IMG/VR virus record: IMGVR_UViG_3300008450_000005
Location: 32,001-96,000 of that record
Direction: 5' to 3' (one strand)
Length of the DNA: 64,000 bases
From: a virus
In this document: positions 39,255 to 48,662 of the stretch, piece by piece
Position numbering within the stretch: position 1 is the stretch's first letter
How the letters are laid out: every line of letters starts with the position of its first letter
Made by a program: the position numbers and the translations under genes
The notes under the pieces: generated by a model
What the model was told of the DNA's origin: nothing
What the model saw: the letters and a program-made list of their open reading frames with translations, nothing else
Database searches by the model: none

Positions 39255-40249
39255 GTAATTTAAATGACATCTTCAATCTGAGCAACGACATGTTCGTTAC
39301 CCAAACACAACAAAAAGAATCAAGAGATCTTGAATTTTACAAACCCTATGCTGAAAATGGCAAAGATGGCGTGTACAAATCCCTGATCAGATTCGTTCCG
39401 AATCCTGTTGAACCTGCTAAAAGCAAAATCCACAAGTACTATGTGTATTTGAAAGATCCCGTTACCGGAGACGCTTTTTCAGTTGATTGTCCTAGCACAG
39501 TAGGAAAGAAAAGTGTCTTGAAAGATCTTTTCTGGAAGCTAAAGCAATCCCATTCGGCAGCAGATCAAGAATTATCAAAAAGCTTCTCACGTAAAGAAGA
39601 TTTTTATTCTTTGATCCAAATCGTGAAGGATCCTAATAAACCCGAATTGGAAGGCAAAGTGATGCTTTGGAAATTCGGTAAGAAAGTAAATGATATGATC
39701 GAATCTCAGTTAAAGCCTGAGTATGGAGAAGCTTGCAATCCTTACGATCTTTTTGATGGTAAACTTTTCGCTGTCCATGTAAGAAAGGTTGGCGATTGGA
39801 ACAACTACGATCTTTGCCAATTTATCGGCGAAAGAACTTCAATCGAAGTTGAGGGTCAAAAAATGCAGAAAAAACAGGACGACATGGAAAAGATCGTTGA
39901 GTATCTTAAGACCGGTCCTTCTAACCTAACAAGTTTCGATTATAAAGATTGGGATGACGAATTGACCGAGAAAGTTATGACGGTTATTCGTAACACAGTC
40001 CCAGACGGTAGGTTGATCAACGAGATCACAAGCGGAGCAAGCAGTCAAAAATCTAGCTCTTCGTCTTATTCCCAGCCTAAACAAAATACATCTCCATCAG
40101 CACCCGCTAAAAATGAGACTAAGGAAACCGGCATTGACGATTTCTTTAACTCTTCAGAAACACCAGCGGCAAAGTCACAGCCATCTAATTCAGGCTCGAA
40201 CAGCGATGATAAGATGTCTTCTCTCGAGGATTTATACGCTGATTTATAA
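39251..40249 (+). CDS. Single-stranded DNA-binding protein (T4 gp32-like)
   Basis: IRFVP, IVKDP..PELEGKV.LWKFGKK, NPYDLF.G and NYD motifs; acidic C-terminal tail LEDLYADL. Confidence 0.9.
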   Translation: MSNLNDIFNLSNDMFVTQTQQKESRDLEFYKPYAENGKDGVYKSLIRFVPNPVEPAKSKIHKYYVYLKDPVTGDAFSVDCPSTVGKKSVLKDLFWKLKQSHSAADQELSKSFSRKEDFYSLIQIVKDPNKPELEGKVMLWKFGKKVNDMIESQLKPEYGEACNPYDLFDGKLFAVHVRKVGDWNNYDLCQFIGERTSIEVEGQKMQKKQDDMEKIVEYLKTGPSNLTSFDYKDWDDELTEKVMTVIRNTVPDGRLINEITSGASSQKSSSSSYSQPKQNTSPSAPAKNETKETGIDDFFNSSETPAAKSQPSNSGSNSDDKMSSLEDLYADL

Positions 40250-40265
40250 TTCTGATTGTTCATCG

Positions 40266-40297
40266 AAAAGCCTGCCCTTCAGGGTGGGCTTTTTTTT
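40266..40297 (+). terminator. Intrinsic terminator after gp32
   Basis: aaaagcctgccc-ttca-gggtgggc followed by T8. Confidence 0.85.
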
Positions 40298-40303
40298 CCC
40301 CTA

Positions 40304-41374
40304 ATGATGGATATTAACAGAGTTCAATCGCTCGTACAGGATATTCTAGCCAGCGAATTTCCTAATGATGCGAGAAGGCAAAAGGTCTATGTCTCCGGAA
40401 ATAGACTAAACTTCTCCTGTCCTTATTGTGGAGATTCAAAATCAGGTCACAAGAAAAGGGGTAATTTCTATCTGGATACGCTTAGTTTCAAGTGCTACAA
40501 TGGTGGATGCTCTATATTCAAGGATGGCATAACTTTCCTGAAGGATTTTAGAAAATTTGATAATCTTAATTCTGGTGAAAAGACGGATATACTTTTCCAG
40601 ATACGTGAGAACAAAGAAAAGAGGGTAACCAGATATGGTGATTTTGATGTTTTTGAGGTATTGGATGGTGATTTTAGCGATATTGTAATTCCTAGATCTT
40701 TCCTGATGAAAAAACTTTCTCTCGTTTCCGTCATAGGAACAGAGATTGAAGGGTATATCAGATCCAGAAATCAAGTTCCAGATGATAGGTTCCTATGGGA
40801 TGCATACGGAAAGAGAATATTCATTCTGAATCTCACAAAGGATAAAAACATACTGGGTCTCCAGACAAGAAACATGGAAAGCAGATATCCCGGATCTTCC
40901 AAATATCTGACCTATAAGCTTTCTGGAATCTGGACTAAAATGCTAAAAGCAACGGATAGTGAATTCATAGAAAAAACTTATCGGCTAGATCCCATTTCGA
41001 GTATCTTTGGGATAGGTACTGTTAATCTATCACTACCGGTTACAGTGTTTGAAGGACCTCTCGATTCTTTCCTTTATCCAAACTCGATTGCAACATGCTC
41101 TGTAGAAAACAAGGTTCCTTTCGAGATGGATGGACTCCGATTCTGGGATGACTGGGACGACGCGGGAAGAAGTAAATCAACCGAAAGATTAATGAATGGC
41201 GAATTTGTATTCAATTGGGGGAAATTCTTAGCTGACCATTCCATATCGACTAATGGGAAATGGGATTTGAATGATCTGGTGAATTATTTAAGATCCACCG
41301 GGACTAAGATAAAAAGATTCGAAGGATACTTCACAAACGATAAATTGGATATTAGATGGTTTATAGAAGGATAA
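40304..41374 (+). CDS. DNA primase (T4 gp61-like)
   Basis: Zn ribbon CPYCGDS...CYNGGC; TOPRIM VFEGPLDS and DWDDAG; KWDLND. Start placed after the terminator. Confidence 0.9.
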   Translation: MMDINRVQSLVQDILASEFPNDARRQKVYVSGNRLNFSCPYCGDSKSGHKKRGNFYLDTLSFKCYNGGCSIFKDGITFLKDFRKFDNLNSGEKTDILFQIRENKEKRVTRYGDFDVFEVLDGDFSDIVIPRSFLMKKLSLVSVIGTEIEGYIRSRNQVPDDRFLWDAYGKRIFILNLTKDKNILGLQTRNMESRYPGSSKYLTYKLSGIWTKMLKATDSEFIEKTYRLDPISSIFGIGTVNLSLPVTVFEGPLDSFLYPNSIATCSVENKVPFEMDGLRFWDDWDDAGRSKSTERLMNGEFVFNWGKFLADHSISTNGKWDLNDLVNYLRSTGTKIKRFEGYFTNDKLDIRWFIEG

Positions 41375-41394
41375 ATAGAAGAATAGTTTCTGTA

Positions 41395-41616
41395 ATGGAA
41401 CACGAAGGAATAGATGCTCAGAACAATTGGGAGGATTCGCTTGAGAAAGATTCTAAGCCGAAGTTCAGATTCCCACTTTTTTTCAGCGAAGAAAAATTTG
41501 ACAACATTAAATTAGAATTTCCGGTCCCTGAAATTAGAGAGCCGGAGAAGCCACGTAATATGAACAAAGTAAAAACCATACAGTTGGGTAAAAAAGGTAA
41601 AGGAGGATTATTCTGA
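41395..41616 (+). CDS. Hypothetical protein
   Basis: ATG follows the GATAAATA variant at 41370; stop overlaps the next start. Confidence 0.55.
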   Translation: MEHEGIDAQNNWEDSLEKDSKPKFRFPLFFSEEKFDNIKLEFPVPEIREPEKPRNMNKVKTIQLGKKGKGGLF

Positions 41617-42059
41617 TGACCGAAATAAAAGAGGATTTTTCTAAAATTTTTGATGATGAAAGAGCTGAGTGGACTGAGAAGATCAAAGTCTATGCTCTTC
41701 ACCTGAAAGATATAAGGACCGTAGCGACAGCCCAGGTTGATCTGTTCGGAGCCCGCCAAATACTGCTGGAGTATTCGTACAAATTGGCTAAAATATATTC
41801 CAGGCTGAATACCAAATACAAAACTGACAAAGCAAGAAAACTCCGTGAGATCAGCGAGAATGCGGATTATAAATACGGGAGTAATGAAAAAACAATGATC
41901 CTCGACGGCTTACTCAGCGAGATAGTTTCCAAGATGGAACTAGTTGATGGTCATAGAAAATTTATAGATCAAACAGTACAAACTGTTGATCACATGCTAT
42001 ACGGCATACGTCAAAGAATCGCTCTGGAGGAATACCTCCGCGGCAGCACAGTAAAGTAA
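41616..42059 (+). CDS. Recombination mediator (UvsY-like)
   Basis: 147-aa helical protein directly upstream of UvsW; size and synteny match T4-like phages. Confidence 0.55.
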   Translation: MTEIKEDFSKIFDDERAEWTEKIKVYALHLKDIRTVATAQVDLFGARQILLEYSYKLAKIYSRLNTKYKTDKARKLREISENADYKYGSNEKTMILDGLLSEIVSKMELVDGHRKFIDQTVQTVDHMLYGIRQRIALEEYLRGSTVK

Positions 42060-42063
42060 TTTT

Positions 42064-43587
42064 ATGCTGAAATTCGTAGTAACAGATGATAGAAAATGGT
42101 TGCAGCTCGTTCACTTCGACGAAGAAGTGGAGAGGAAGCAGATTGAGCTTTCTTTAACTAAAAAAATACACAATCACTTTTTTCATCCCCTTGTGAAGAA
42201 AAAATTGTGGGACGGGGCTATTTGCTTCGTCGATAAGAAGGGACCGCAGTGGCGTGTTCCGATTGGTCTATGGAGGGAGATCCTACAGATTGCAGAAGAC
42301 TATTCTTTAACTATTGAGGTTGAAGGTAAAAGCAGAATATTTCACAACGAATTGACCCTGGAGCATTTTACGAATTGGGTAAACAAATTTTTTGAGGACT
42401 CCACTTATAAGCCTAGAGACTATCAAATAGATTCCGCATGGAGAATATTGAAATATAGGTATTCGGTCAGCGAGATCGCTACCTCCTCTGGAAAGACATT
42501 GATCTCTTTTCTTGTTCTGGCTTATCTAAAGTCGAACAATCTGATCAGAAAATTCCTGATGATCGTACCTAATACAAACCTCGTAATCCAAGGAACAGAG
42601 GATTTCGTAGATTTCGGTTTACATAAATTGGGATGCAAAATCCAGCAAATAGGTGGTGGAGCAAAGCAGCGTGGTGACTGCGATATTATCATAGGAACAT
42701 ATCAATCACTTGTTAAATTTGATGAGGAATTTTTCACCGAGATTGATGCGGTTTTTGTCGATGAGGCACACGGTACATCATCAATGTCGATCAAGAAGAT
42801 AATATCAAAATGCTTGGACTCCGGATGGCGTTTCGGATTAACCGGTACCCTAACTAAAAGAGGATCTGCTGAATACCTAACTATCCAGCAATTTCTGGGT
42901 CCATTGGTTATGGAGATTACACCTAAATTTCTTTTCGATAACAATTATGCAACTCCGGTTTCGGTGAAAGTTGTGATTATGGACTGGCTAGATGACGAGA
43001 TCAAAAATAAATTAGCCGATCTAAAATTAAACTCGAATAACATTGAGGGAAATGAAGTTTACAATCTCGAACGAAAACTGGTGATCGAATCTAAGAAAAG
43101 ACTTGATTTCATTGTTGATTTTATAATTAAGGCCAACAAGAATTCGTTGGTTCTTTTCCAGTCGGTTATGAATGAATACGGTAAGCAGATATTTCACAAG
43201 ATAAGAGAATCTAGCCAAGGCAAGGAAGTATTCTATGTGGATGGAGATACGGAGGAGAAAATACGGGAAGAATATAAATCAAGGATGGAGAAAGGCGACA
43301 ACAAGATACTGATTGCCACCTATGGTACTTTTTCAACTGGTATTTCGATTAAAAACATCCATAACATCTTTCTGGTAGAATCATACAAGAGCGAAGTGCT
43401 AATTAAGCAGTCTTTGGGAAGAGGTATGCGTCAGATGGAAGGCAAGGAGAAAGTTAATGTAATCGATTTCGTTGATGATTTCTCTAGCGGCAAGTATGAG
43501 AATTATCTGATGAGACATTCCAAGGCAAGGATAGACATTTACAAGAGGGAAAGATTTGAATACAAGATATTCAATGTGAAATTGTAA
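42064..43587 (+). CDS. uvsW: SF2 DNA helicase UvsW
   Basis: PRDYQ, ATSSGKT, VDEAH, GLTGT, ATYGTFSTGISI and QSLGRGMR. Confidence 0.92.
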   Translation: MLKFVVTDDRKWLQLVHFDEEVERKQIELSLTKKIHNHFFHPLVKKKLWDGAICFVDKKGPQWRVPIGLWREILQIAEDYSLTIEVEGKSRIFHNELTLEHFTNWVNKFFEDSTYKPRDYQIDSAWRILKYRYSVSEIATSSGKTLISFLVLAYLKSNNLIRKFLMIVPNTNLVIQGTEDFVDFGLHKLGCKIQQIGGGAKQRGDCDIIIGTYQSLVKFDEEFFTEIDAVFVDEAHGTSSMSIKKIISKCLDSGWRFGLTGTLTKRGSAEYLTIQQFLGPLVMEITPKFLFDNNYATPVSVKVVIMDWLDDEIKNKLADLKLNSNNIEGNEVYNLERKLVIESKKRLDFIVDFIIKANKNSLVLFQSVMNEYGKQIFHKIRESSQGKEVFYVDGDTEEKIREEYKSRMEKGDNKILIATYGTFSTGISIKNIHNIFLVESYKSEVLIKQSLGRGMRQMEGKEKVNVIDFVDDFSSGKYENYLMRHSKARIDIYKRERFEYKIFNVKL

Positions 43588-43592
43588 AATCC

Positions 43593-43600
43593 GATATATA
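43593..43600 (+). promoter_or_regulatory. GATATATA putative late promoter
   Basis: Intergenic, after uvsW. Confidence 0.65.
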
Positions 43601-43638
43601 AGTCTACCCAGATTATAAAAATCTTGAAGACTCATACA

Positions 43639-44094
43639 ATGGAAAATCAATCACTAGCACATATTAATCCTCAGGAGATGATTTTTGGAAGCATTGTATT
43701 TTTCAGTGGAGAAGTTCCTTCGAAAATCCTAAATGGCGAAGAAGGGGTTATCTTCCTCACCAAAGAAGAGGAGATCGGTGAATTCATCAGGAATGACAAG
43801 TCTTGGGAAATGTGGATCGGCGGTGAGCTTCAGTATAAACTTGAACCAGCGATCTATGATTTTATTACCAGAGAGATTAAAATCTCTTCTTTATCTGATT
43901 CTAAGCAAACAATAAAGGAACTTCTTTTGAATCCAAATATACAATATAAATCTAAAATATTTCTTTCCATAATTTACGATCAACTCCTCAGAATGATAAT
44001 ATTTGGTAACAATAACGGGATTCATAAAATGGATACTCTTCCATTTGCTATAGCTAAAACTAAATGTGGGATTTTCATATCTTGCTTAAATTAA
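43639..44094 (+). CDS. Hypothetical protein
   Basis: ATG at 43639 follows the promoter motif; abuts the next gene. Confidence 0.6.
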   Translation: MENQSLAHINPQEMIFGSIVFFSGEVPSKILNGEEGVIFLTKEEEIGEFIRNDKSWEMWIGGELQYKLEPAIYDFITREIKISSLSDSKQTIKELLLNPNIQYKSKIFLSIIYDQLLRMIIFGNNNGIHKMDTLPFAIAKTKCGIFISCLN

Positions 44095-44095
44095 T

Positions 44096-45991
44096 ATGTC
44101 TGGGATAAATCACTTATACGATATCTACAAAAAGAAAGGTGAGGATTTCCTCAAGGAATTATTCAACTCTGAAGTTACCATCAACGAAAAGATGGATGGA
44201 TCATGCTTCAGCTTTGAAAAAACACCATCCGGAAAATTCCTATTTTTCAAAAGAGACCAAAGCAGCCCTATAACTCTGGTTGATCGTACTTTAATGAAGT
44301 ACTACGAGAAACCGATTCGCTATGTCGAATCTCTTCCACCTTATGTGATTTCTAAAATCCCAGTTGGCTGGAGATTTGGTACCGAGTATTTCTCATCATC
44401 CAAACCGCAGGAGATTGAATATGACGAGCTTCCTAAGAATAATCTAATTCTTTCTTACATTCATAAGAGAGATCAGAATGGGAATATCGTTGAGACCATC
44501 CACGACAAGGAAAAACTCGATCTTTGGGCTGAGGTCTTAGGTATATCTAAACCTCCGATTGTTTTCCAAGGTAAATTGAGCGAGGATCAAAAACAATCCA
44601 TTTTGGAATTTGTTAATACCCCTCTTTCCGATCTCGTTGAAGAATTTCAAACCAAAAGTTTCGTGAGATTCATTCTTTCGATCCTCAATCCGGAAATGGA
44701 GAAAAGCACACTTAACAGCGATTTGGATAAACCCATAGAAGGATTGGTTTTTAGATTCGGAAACGAGGAAAAAGATCCGGTAGTAGCCAAAATGGTAGAT
44801 CCTGTTTTTTCAGAAATTGCCCGGTCAAAAGAACCCATCGGTGGACACAAGAAATCAAATGATATCCTGGCTATAGTGGTTTTGGATGTGATGAATTTTA
44901 TACTCAGTAAAGGATTAAAATCATTTTCCATTGAAGGTGAAACCGACGACGAAAGATACGTTAGCTTCATCTCTGATGTTTTTGTGAAATTCATGAATGA
45001 GTATTCCGATCGCTACCAAGGTATGGATCTCAATGAGCCAGAGCATCTGAAAAAAGAGGAATTCGGACTTAATTCAGAAATGCTAAAATCCAGAGCAGCA
45101 AGAAAATGGGTTCAGGAAGACGATTCTTTTGAAAGCCTATTCAAGCTGATCTTAAATTCTTTCCGCAAAATCAGAAAGAAGCCCGGCAGCATTGTTACAC
45201 CAGACATGCTGGGTCAATTCAACATTTTGGTTAAGGATATTGAAAAATACGTAAGAACTCCTGAAAAAGCTATCACCGAATCTGAAATAGAGTTCACAGA
45301 TTTCTTGAGCTTCAGACAGAAGTATATTAATGAGAAAGTAGATTACCTGACAGAGGAAGACGATGAAAATTCTACTTCCGATAAATTTATCGATGCGATA
45401 GAAAGTCAGGATAAAGAGAAGACCAAAATTTTACCGATGAAGAAGCCTTCATCCGAGAATGAGGTGAATCTTATCATCGGGAAATTCCAGCCGTTCGATA
45501 ATTTAGATCTGAAGATAATCGATCATCTCTACGAACAAAATGGGTTGAAAACAATTATCTGTATCGTTCATCCTGGATTTGACCACGAAGGCGAATTCCC
45601 TATTTCATACCCAACGATTAAGGATTCTATAGATTCTCTAGCATCATCAAATGATAAGATTCAGGGCGTAATTAGGACTAAGAAGCATCTTTTGACTAAT
45701 GCACTAGAAGATTGCTATGAAAAAAATCTGCATCCTAAGTTGATTGGAACAGAGACGAAAAATCTAGAAGATTTCAAGAAGCAGTTGGAATACTTCAATA
45801 AATTATATTCTTTCCCTGACGGTGTAGAAAAACCAGAGATCGCAGACCTCAAATTACCAACGAGGGACGAAAGCATTTTGAAACTGATTAAAGAGGGTAA
45901 CTATACACTATTTAAGAAGCTGGTTCCAAAAGCTATCCATGTTAATTTCTTCGAAAAGTTCAAGCAAGAGCTTGATTCGAAAGAAAGTTAA
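44096..45991 (+). CDS. RNA ligase-like nucleotidyltransferase fused to a degenerate HIGH-family nucleotidyltransferase domain
   Basis: Ligase motifs NEKMDG (I), FGTEY (III), EGLVF (IV) and AKMV (V); C-terminal IIGKFQPFDNLD, where HxGH is replaced by DNLD. Confidence 0.6.
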   Translation: MSGINHLYDIYKKKGEDFLKELFNSEVTINEKMDGSCFSFEKTPSGKFLFFKRDQSSPITLVDRTLMKYYEKPIRYVESLPPYVISKIPVGWRFGTEYFSSSKPQEIEYDELPKNNLILSYIHKRDQNGNIVETIHDKEKLDLWAEVLGISKPPIVFQGKLSEDQKQSILEFVNTPLSDLVEEFQTKSFVRFILSILNPEMEKSTLNSDLDKPIEGLVFRFGNEEKDPVVAKMVDPVFSEIARSKEPIGGHKKSNDILAIVVLDVMNFILSKGLKSFSIEGETDDERYVSFISDVFVKFMNEYSDRYQGMDLNEPEHLKKEEFGLNSEMLKSRAARKWVQEDDSFESLFKLILNSFRKIRKKPGSIVTPDMLGQFNILVKDIEKYVRTPEKAITESEIEFTDFLSFRQKYINEKVDYLTEEDDENSTSDKFIDAIESQDKEKTKILPMKKPSSENEVNLIIGKFQPFDNLDLKIIDHLYEQNGLKTIICIVHPGFDHEGEFPISYPTIKDSIDSLASSNDKIQGVIRTKKHLLTNALEDCYEKNLHPKLIGTETKNLEDFKKQLEYFNKLYSFPDGVEKPEIADLKLPTRDESILKLIKEGNYTLFKKLVPKAIHVNFFEKFKQELDSKES

Positions 45992-46073
45992 CTCATTGAA
46001 AATGAAATTTTTCTAAGTTTTTTACTAAGAATAGTAACCGATTTAACGATCGGATAAATATCTTATTCAATTT

Positions 46074-47576
46074 ATGGCAAAAGTTATTCTACCAGCTCTG
46101 GTTGGAAAGTACTCCGATGAAATTTTAGATCTGAACGAAAAAGGTTACTCCTCATCACAGATTGCTAAAATCTTAGTTTCCGAATTCGATATAGATTTAG
46201 GAAATTATCAAATTGACTCGCTCCGAAGAGCTATTAGTTCGTATGTTAAATCAATCGAGGATGGCAAATTCGTAGAAGCACTAATCGATGAAACACTTGA
46301 GAGCGAATTAGATCCTGATGATTTGGACGAAAAATATTCTCCTTCATACCAGCATCACAGTTCTTACTACTACGACGATGCAAAAGATCTCTACATAGTT
46401 TACATTAAATCGAAGCCTTACAAATTCACAGGAACGATAATCCGTGATATGAAGTCTAGATACTCAAACATGGACGGTTCTCCGGAATCAATCAACCAGA
46501 TTTGTAGGAACTTCGAAATACCCAGAAACATCTTTACCCAACTGAAAACCATCCTTGGATGGAGCCATGATTCAGAACCTTTCACTGACGAGGAAATGAT
46601 GAATCGTGACGAGGAGGAAATGGTGAGAGATGCCTTGCAAAAGAGAAAGTTTTCTTTCTTCCAGAAATACACTAGGAAGGAAGAGAAGATGATCCGGGAC
46701 GCTGCTAACAATTGGTGGGCTTTCAAGGGATTAACTCTAAACCCTTTGATCGAGAAGCTGGAGGAAACCCTGGCAAGTCCTATCGTTCCGAAACTCCAAT
46801 TGCCTCCGGGCGAAAAACATGCTGTAGTCATCAGTCCTTTCGACCTACACTACGGCAAGTATGCTTGGGGAGGTGAAGTCATGGAGGAATACAATCGTCA
46901 AATTGCGCGTGATCTCCTCATCTCAAAAACTAACGAGTTAATTAGCGACATCGTGAAATATGATGTTGATAAAGTGATCATTCCAGTAGGGTCCGATTTT
47001 TTTCATATCGATACACTTTCGGGCACCACAACAAAAGGAACACCACAGGACTGCGACGGAACATTTATCCAAATCATGGTCGAAGGACAAAAATTGATGA
47101 TAGAGTTCATTGAGATGATGAGAAAAATTGCTGACGTTGAGATCATTCTCACCGCAGGAAATCACGATTTCACATTATCACACGTTCTGCTCGAGCATTT
47201 AGCCGCTTATTACAGACAGTGCACCGATGTAACTGTTACCAAGTGTCATAGATTCAGACAATACTTCAACTACGGAAACACCTTGATGGGATTCACGCAC
47301 GGGGATTCTACGAAATTAACCGATCTTCCATATAGAATGGCAGCGGAAGCACCAGAACTTTGGTCCAAAGCCAAATACAAAGCGTTCTTCACAGGTCATT
47401 TACATCACGAGATGGTTAAAGATATCAACGGTGTTAAAGTGTTCCAGATGCCAAGTTTATCAGGATCTGATAGATGGCACCACAATAATGGATACGAAGG
47501 ATCAACAAGATCTTTACATGCTTATGTCGTCCACAAGGAAAAAGGAATTAGATCTACCCTGATGGCAAATGTCTAG
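46074..47576 (+). CDS. Calcineurin-like metallophosphoesterase with an N-terminal HTH
   Basis: DLHYG, GSDFFH, GNHD, HGD and GHLHH motifs; N-terminal GYSSSQIAKIL helix-turn-helix. Confidence 0.85.
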   Translation: MAKVILPALVGKYSDEILDLNEKGYSSSQIAKILVSEFDIDLGNYQIDSLRRAISSYVKSIEDGKFVEALIDETLESELDPDDLDEKYSPSYQHHSSYYYDDAKDLYIVYIKSKPYKFTGTIIRDMKSRYSNMDGSPESINQICRNFEIPRNIFTQLKTILGWSHDSEPFTDEEMMNRDEEEMVRDALQKRKFSFFQKYTRKEEKMIRDAANNWWAFKGLTLNPLIEKLEETLASPIVPKLQLPPGEKHAVVISPFDLHYGKYAWGGEVMEEYNRQIARDLLISKTNELISDIVKYDVDKVIIPVGSDFFHIDTLSGTTTKGTPQDCDGTFIQIMVEGQKLMIEFIEMMRKIADVEIILTAGNHDFTLSHVLLEHLAAYYRQCTDVTVTKCHRFRQYFNYGNTLMGFTHGDSTKLTDLPYRMAAEAPELWSKAKYKAFFTGHLHHEMVKDINGVKVFQMPSLSGSDRWHHNNGYEGSTRSLHAYVVHKEKGIRSTLMANV

Positions 47577-47582
47577 ATCGAT

Positions 47583-47590
47583 GATATATA
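47583..47590 (+). promoter_or_regulatory. GATATATA putative late promoter
   Basis: 13 nt upstream of the ATG at 47604. Confidence 0.7.
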
Positions 47591-47603
47591 GAGAATACGT
47601 TTT

Positions 47604-48146
47604 ATGACAAAGCACATTCTTTCTTACGATTCTTTCCTCACCAACGGGGTGAATGAGTCCGATGGGTTCGGAACTCTCCCATTTTTGGAGAAAAGAACCG
47701 GCAACATCTACAACTACTTTTTCAAGGTTGAAGATGAGGATCAGAGCGAGAATTGCTTCTTCCTGTCATTGGGTAAATACTCGGAATTCCAAGACACACC
47801 CGGTCCTAAAAACTCTTATACTGTTATGAGATTGAACAAGATCTCTGAGCAATTATTAGAGGACCTAGCAATAGATAAAGCCGATGTGCCTCTATTGAAT
47901 AAGGAGAAATTTGTGGTTAAAGGAATGATGGCTACGAGATTATTGGAAACTTGCGCACAAGCTTTGCTCGATTACCTCCAGAATAATCCTCAGGTTATCA
48001 GAATTTTCGATGAAATGCAGGTCAATGCTGATTTCCCAGATCGTGACTATATAGATGACATGAAGGTAACCGCATCACAATTTCTTGGTGATGAGTGGTC
48101 AGTACAGCAGGGTCCAAACCCTGAAAGTTTGATAATCAGTCGTTGA
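47604..48146 (+). CDS. Hypothetical protein with a capsid-targeting-like leader
   Basis: MTKHILSYDSFLTNGVNE. Confidence 0.65.
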   Translation: MTKHILSYDSFLTNGVNESDGFGTLPFLEKRTGNIYNYFFKVEDEDQSENCFFLSLGKYSEFQDTPGPKNSYTVMRLNKISEQLLEDLAIDKADVPLLNKEKFVVKGMMATRLLETCAQALLDYLQNNPQVIRIFDEMQVNADFPDRDYIDDMKVTASQFLGDEWSVQQGPNPESLIISR

Positions 48147-48200
48147 TTTTTGAAACTTTTCGGTTATTTTTGCTAAAGTAATCAAATAAATTACAAACAG

Positions 48201-48380
48201 ATGGAGAAATTCAATCAATTAAAAGCGTTGTTGGAATCTGCAGAGCAGGATGCTATCAAGTTCTACGACAAGGGTAACAGCAGCGCAGGCACACGTCTTC
48301 GCACTTCTTTGCAACAGATCAAAAAGCTTTCGCAGGATCTGCGTTTGGAAGTACAAGAAATTAAGAACAAAGTAGCTTAG
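48201..48380 (+). CDS. Histone H1-like (Hc1-family) nucleoid protein, 59 aa; missing from the ORF track
   Basis: Translates as MEKFNQLKALLESAEQDAIKFYDKGNSSAGTRLRTSLQQIKKLSQDLRLEVQEIKNKVA, with the KFY.KGN..AGTR.R signature. Confidence 0.9.
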   Translation: MEKFNQLKALLESAEQDAIKFYDKGNSSAGTRLRTSLQQIKKLSQDLRLEVQEIKNKVA

Positions 48381-48404
48381 GTTTAGTCACAAGTTCTTAT
48401 TCTC

Positions 48405-48433
48405 AAAAAAAGCAGTCTTCGGACTGCTTTTTT
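48405..48433 (+). terminator. Intrinsic terminator with a cUUCGg loop
   Basis: A7-gcagtc-ttcg-gactgc-T6. Confidence 0.9.
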
Positions 48434-48439
48434 GTTGTG

Positions 48440-48447
48440 GATATATA
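48440..48447 (+). promoter_or_regulatory. GATATATA putative late promoter
   Basis: Immediately after the terminator, 6 nt before the ATG at 48454. Confidence 0.7.
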
Positions 48448-48453
48448 GCAAGT

Positions 48454-48660
48454 ATGGCTTATTACAACACAAAAGTAAACATTGACACAGGCGAGTTAAA
48501 TCGCAAAGGAGAACCGGCTTACACCAAAGCTGAATTTTTAGTGGTAGCTGAATCTGTTCTAGAAGTAGAAACGAAAGTTGCCGAGCATTTTAGAGAAACA
48601 ACGATGTCTTATGAGGTCGTGAATGTAGCAAAGAGTAAAATAGAAGCAGTACTAGATTAA
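48454..48660 (+). CDS. DUF4494-like small protein
   Basis: YY.TKV........G.....EFLV.A.SV.EVE.KV......EV..V..SKI..V resembles Bacteroidota DUF4494. Confidence 0.6.
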   Translation: MAYYNTKVNIDTGELNRKGEPAYTKAEFLVVAESVLEVETKVAEHFRETTMSYEVVNVAKSKIEAVLD

Positions 48661-48662
48661 TC

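Noticed and set aside
40256-40303. ORF-track starts for primase (40256) and Adk (60127)
   Set aside because: They run through terminator or promoter sequence; the downstream ATGs at 40304 and 60148 are more plausible.
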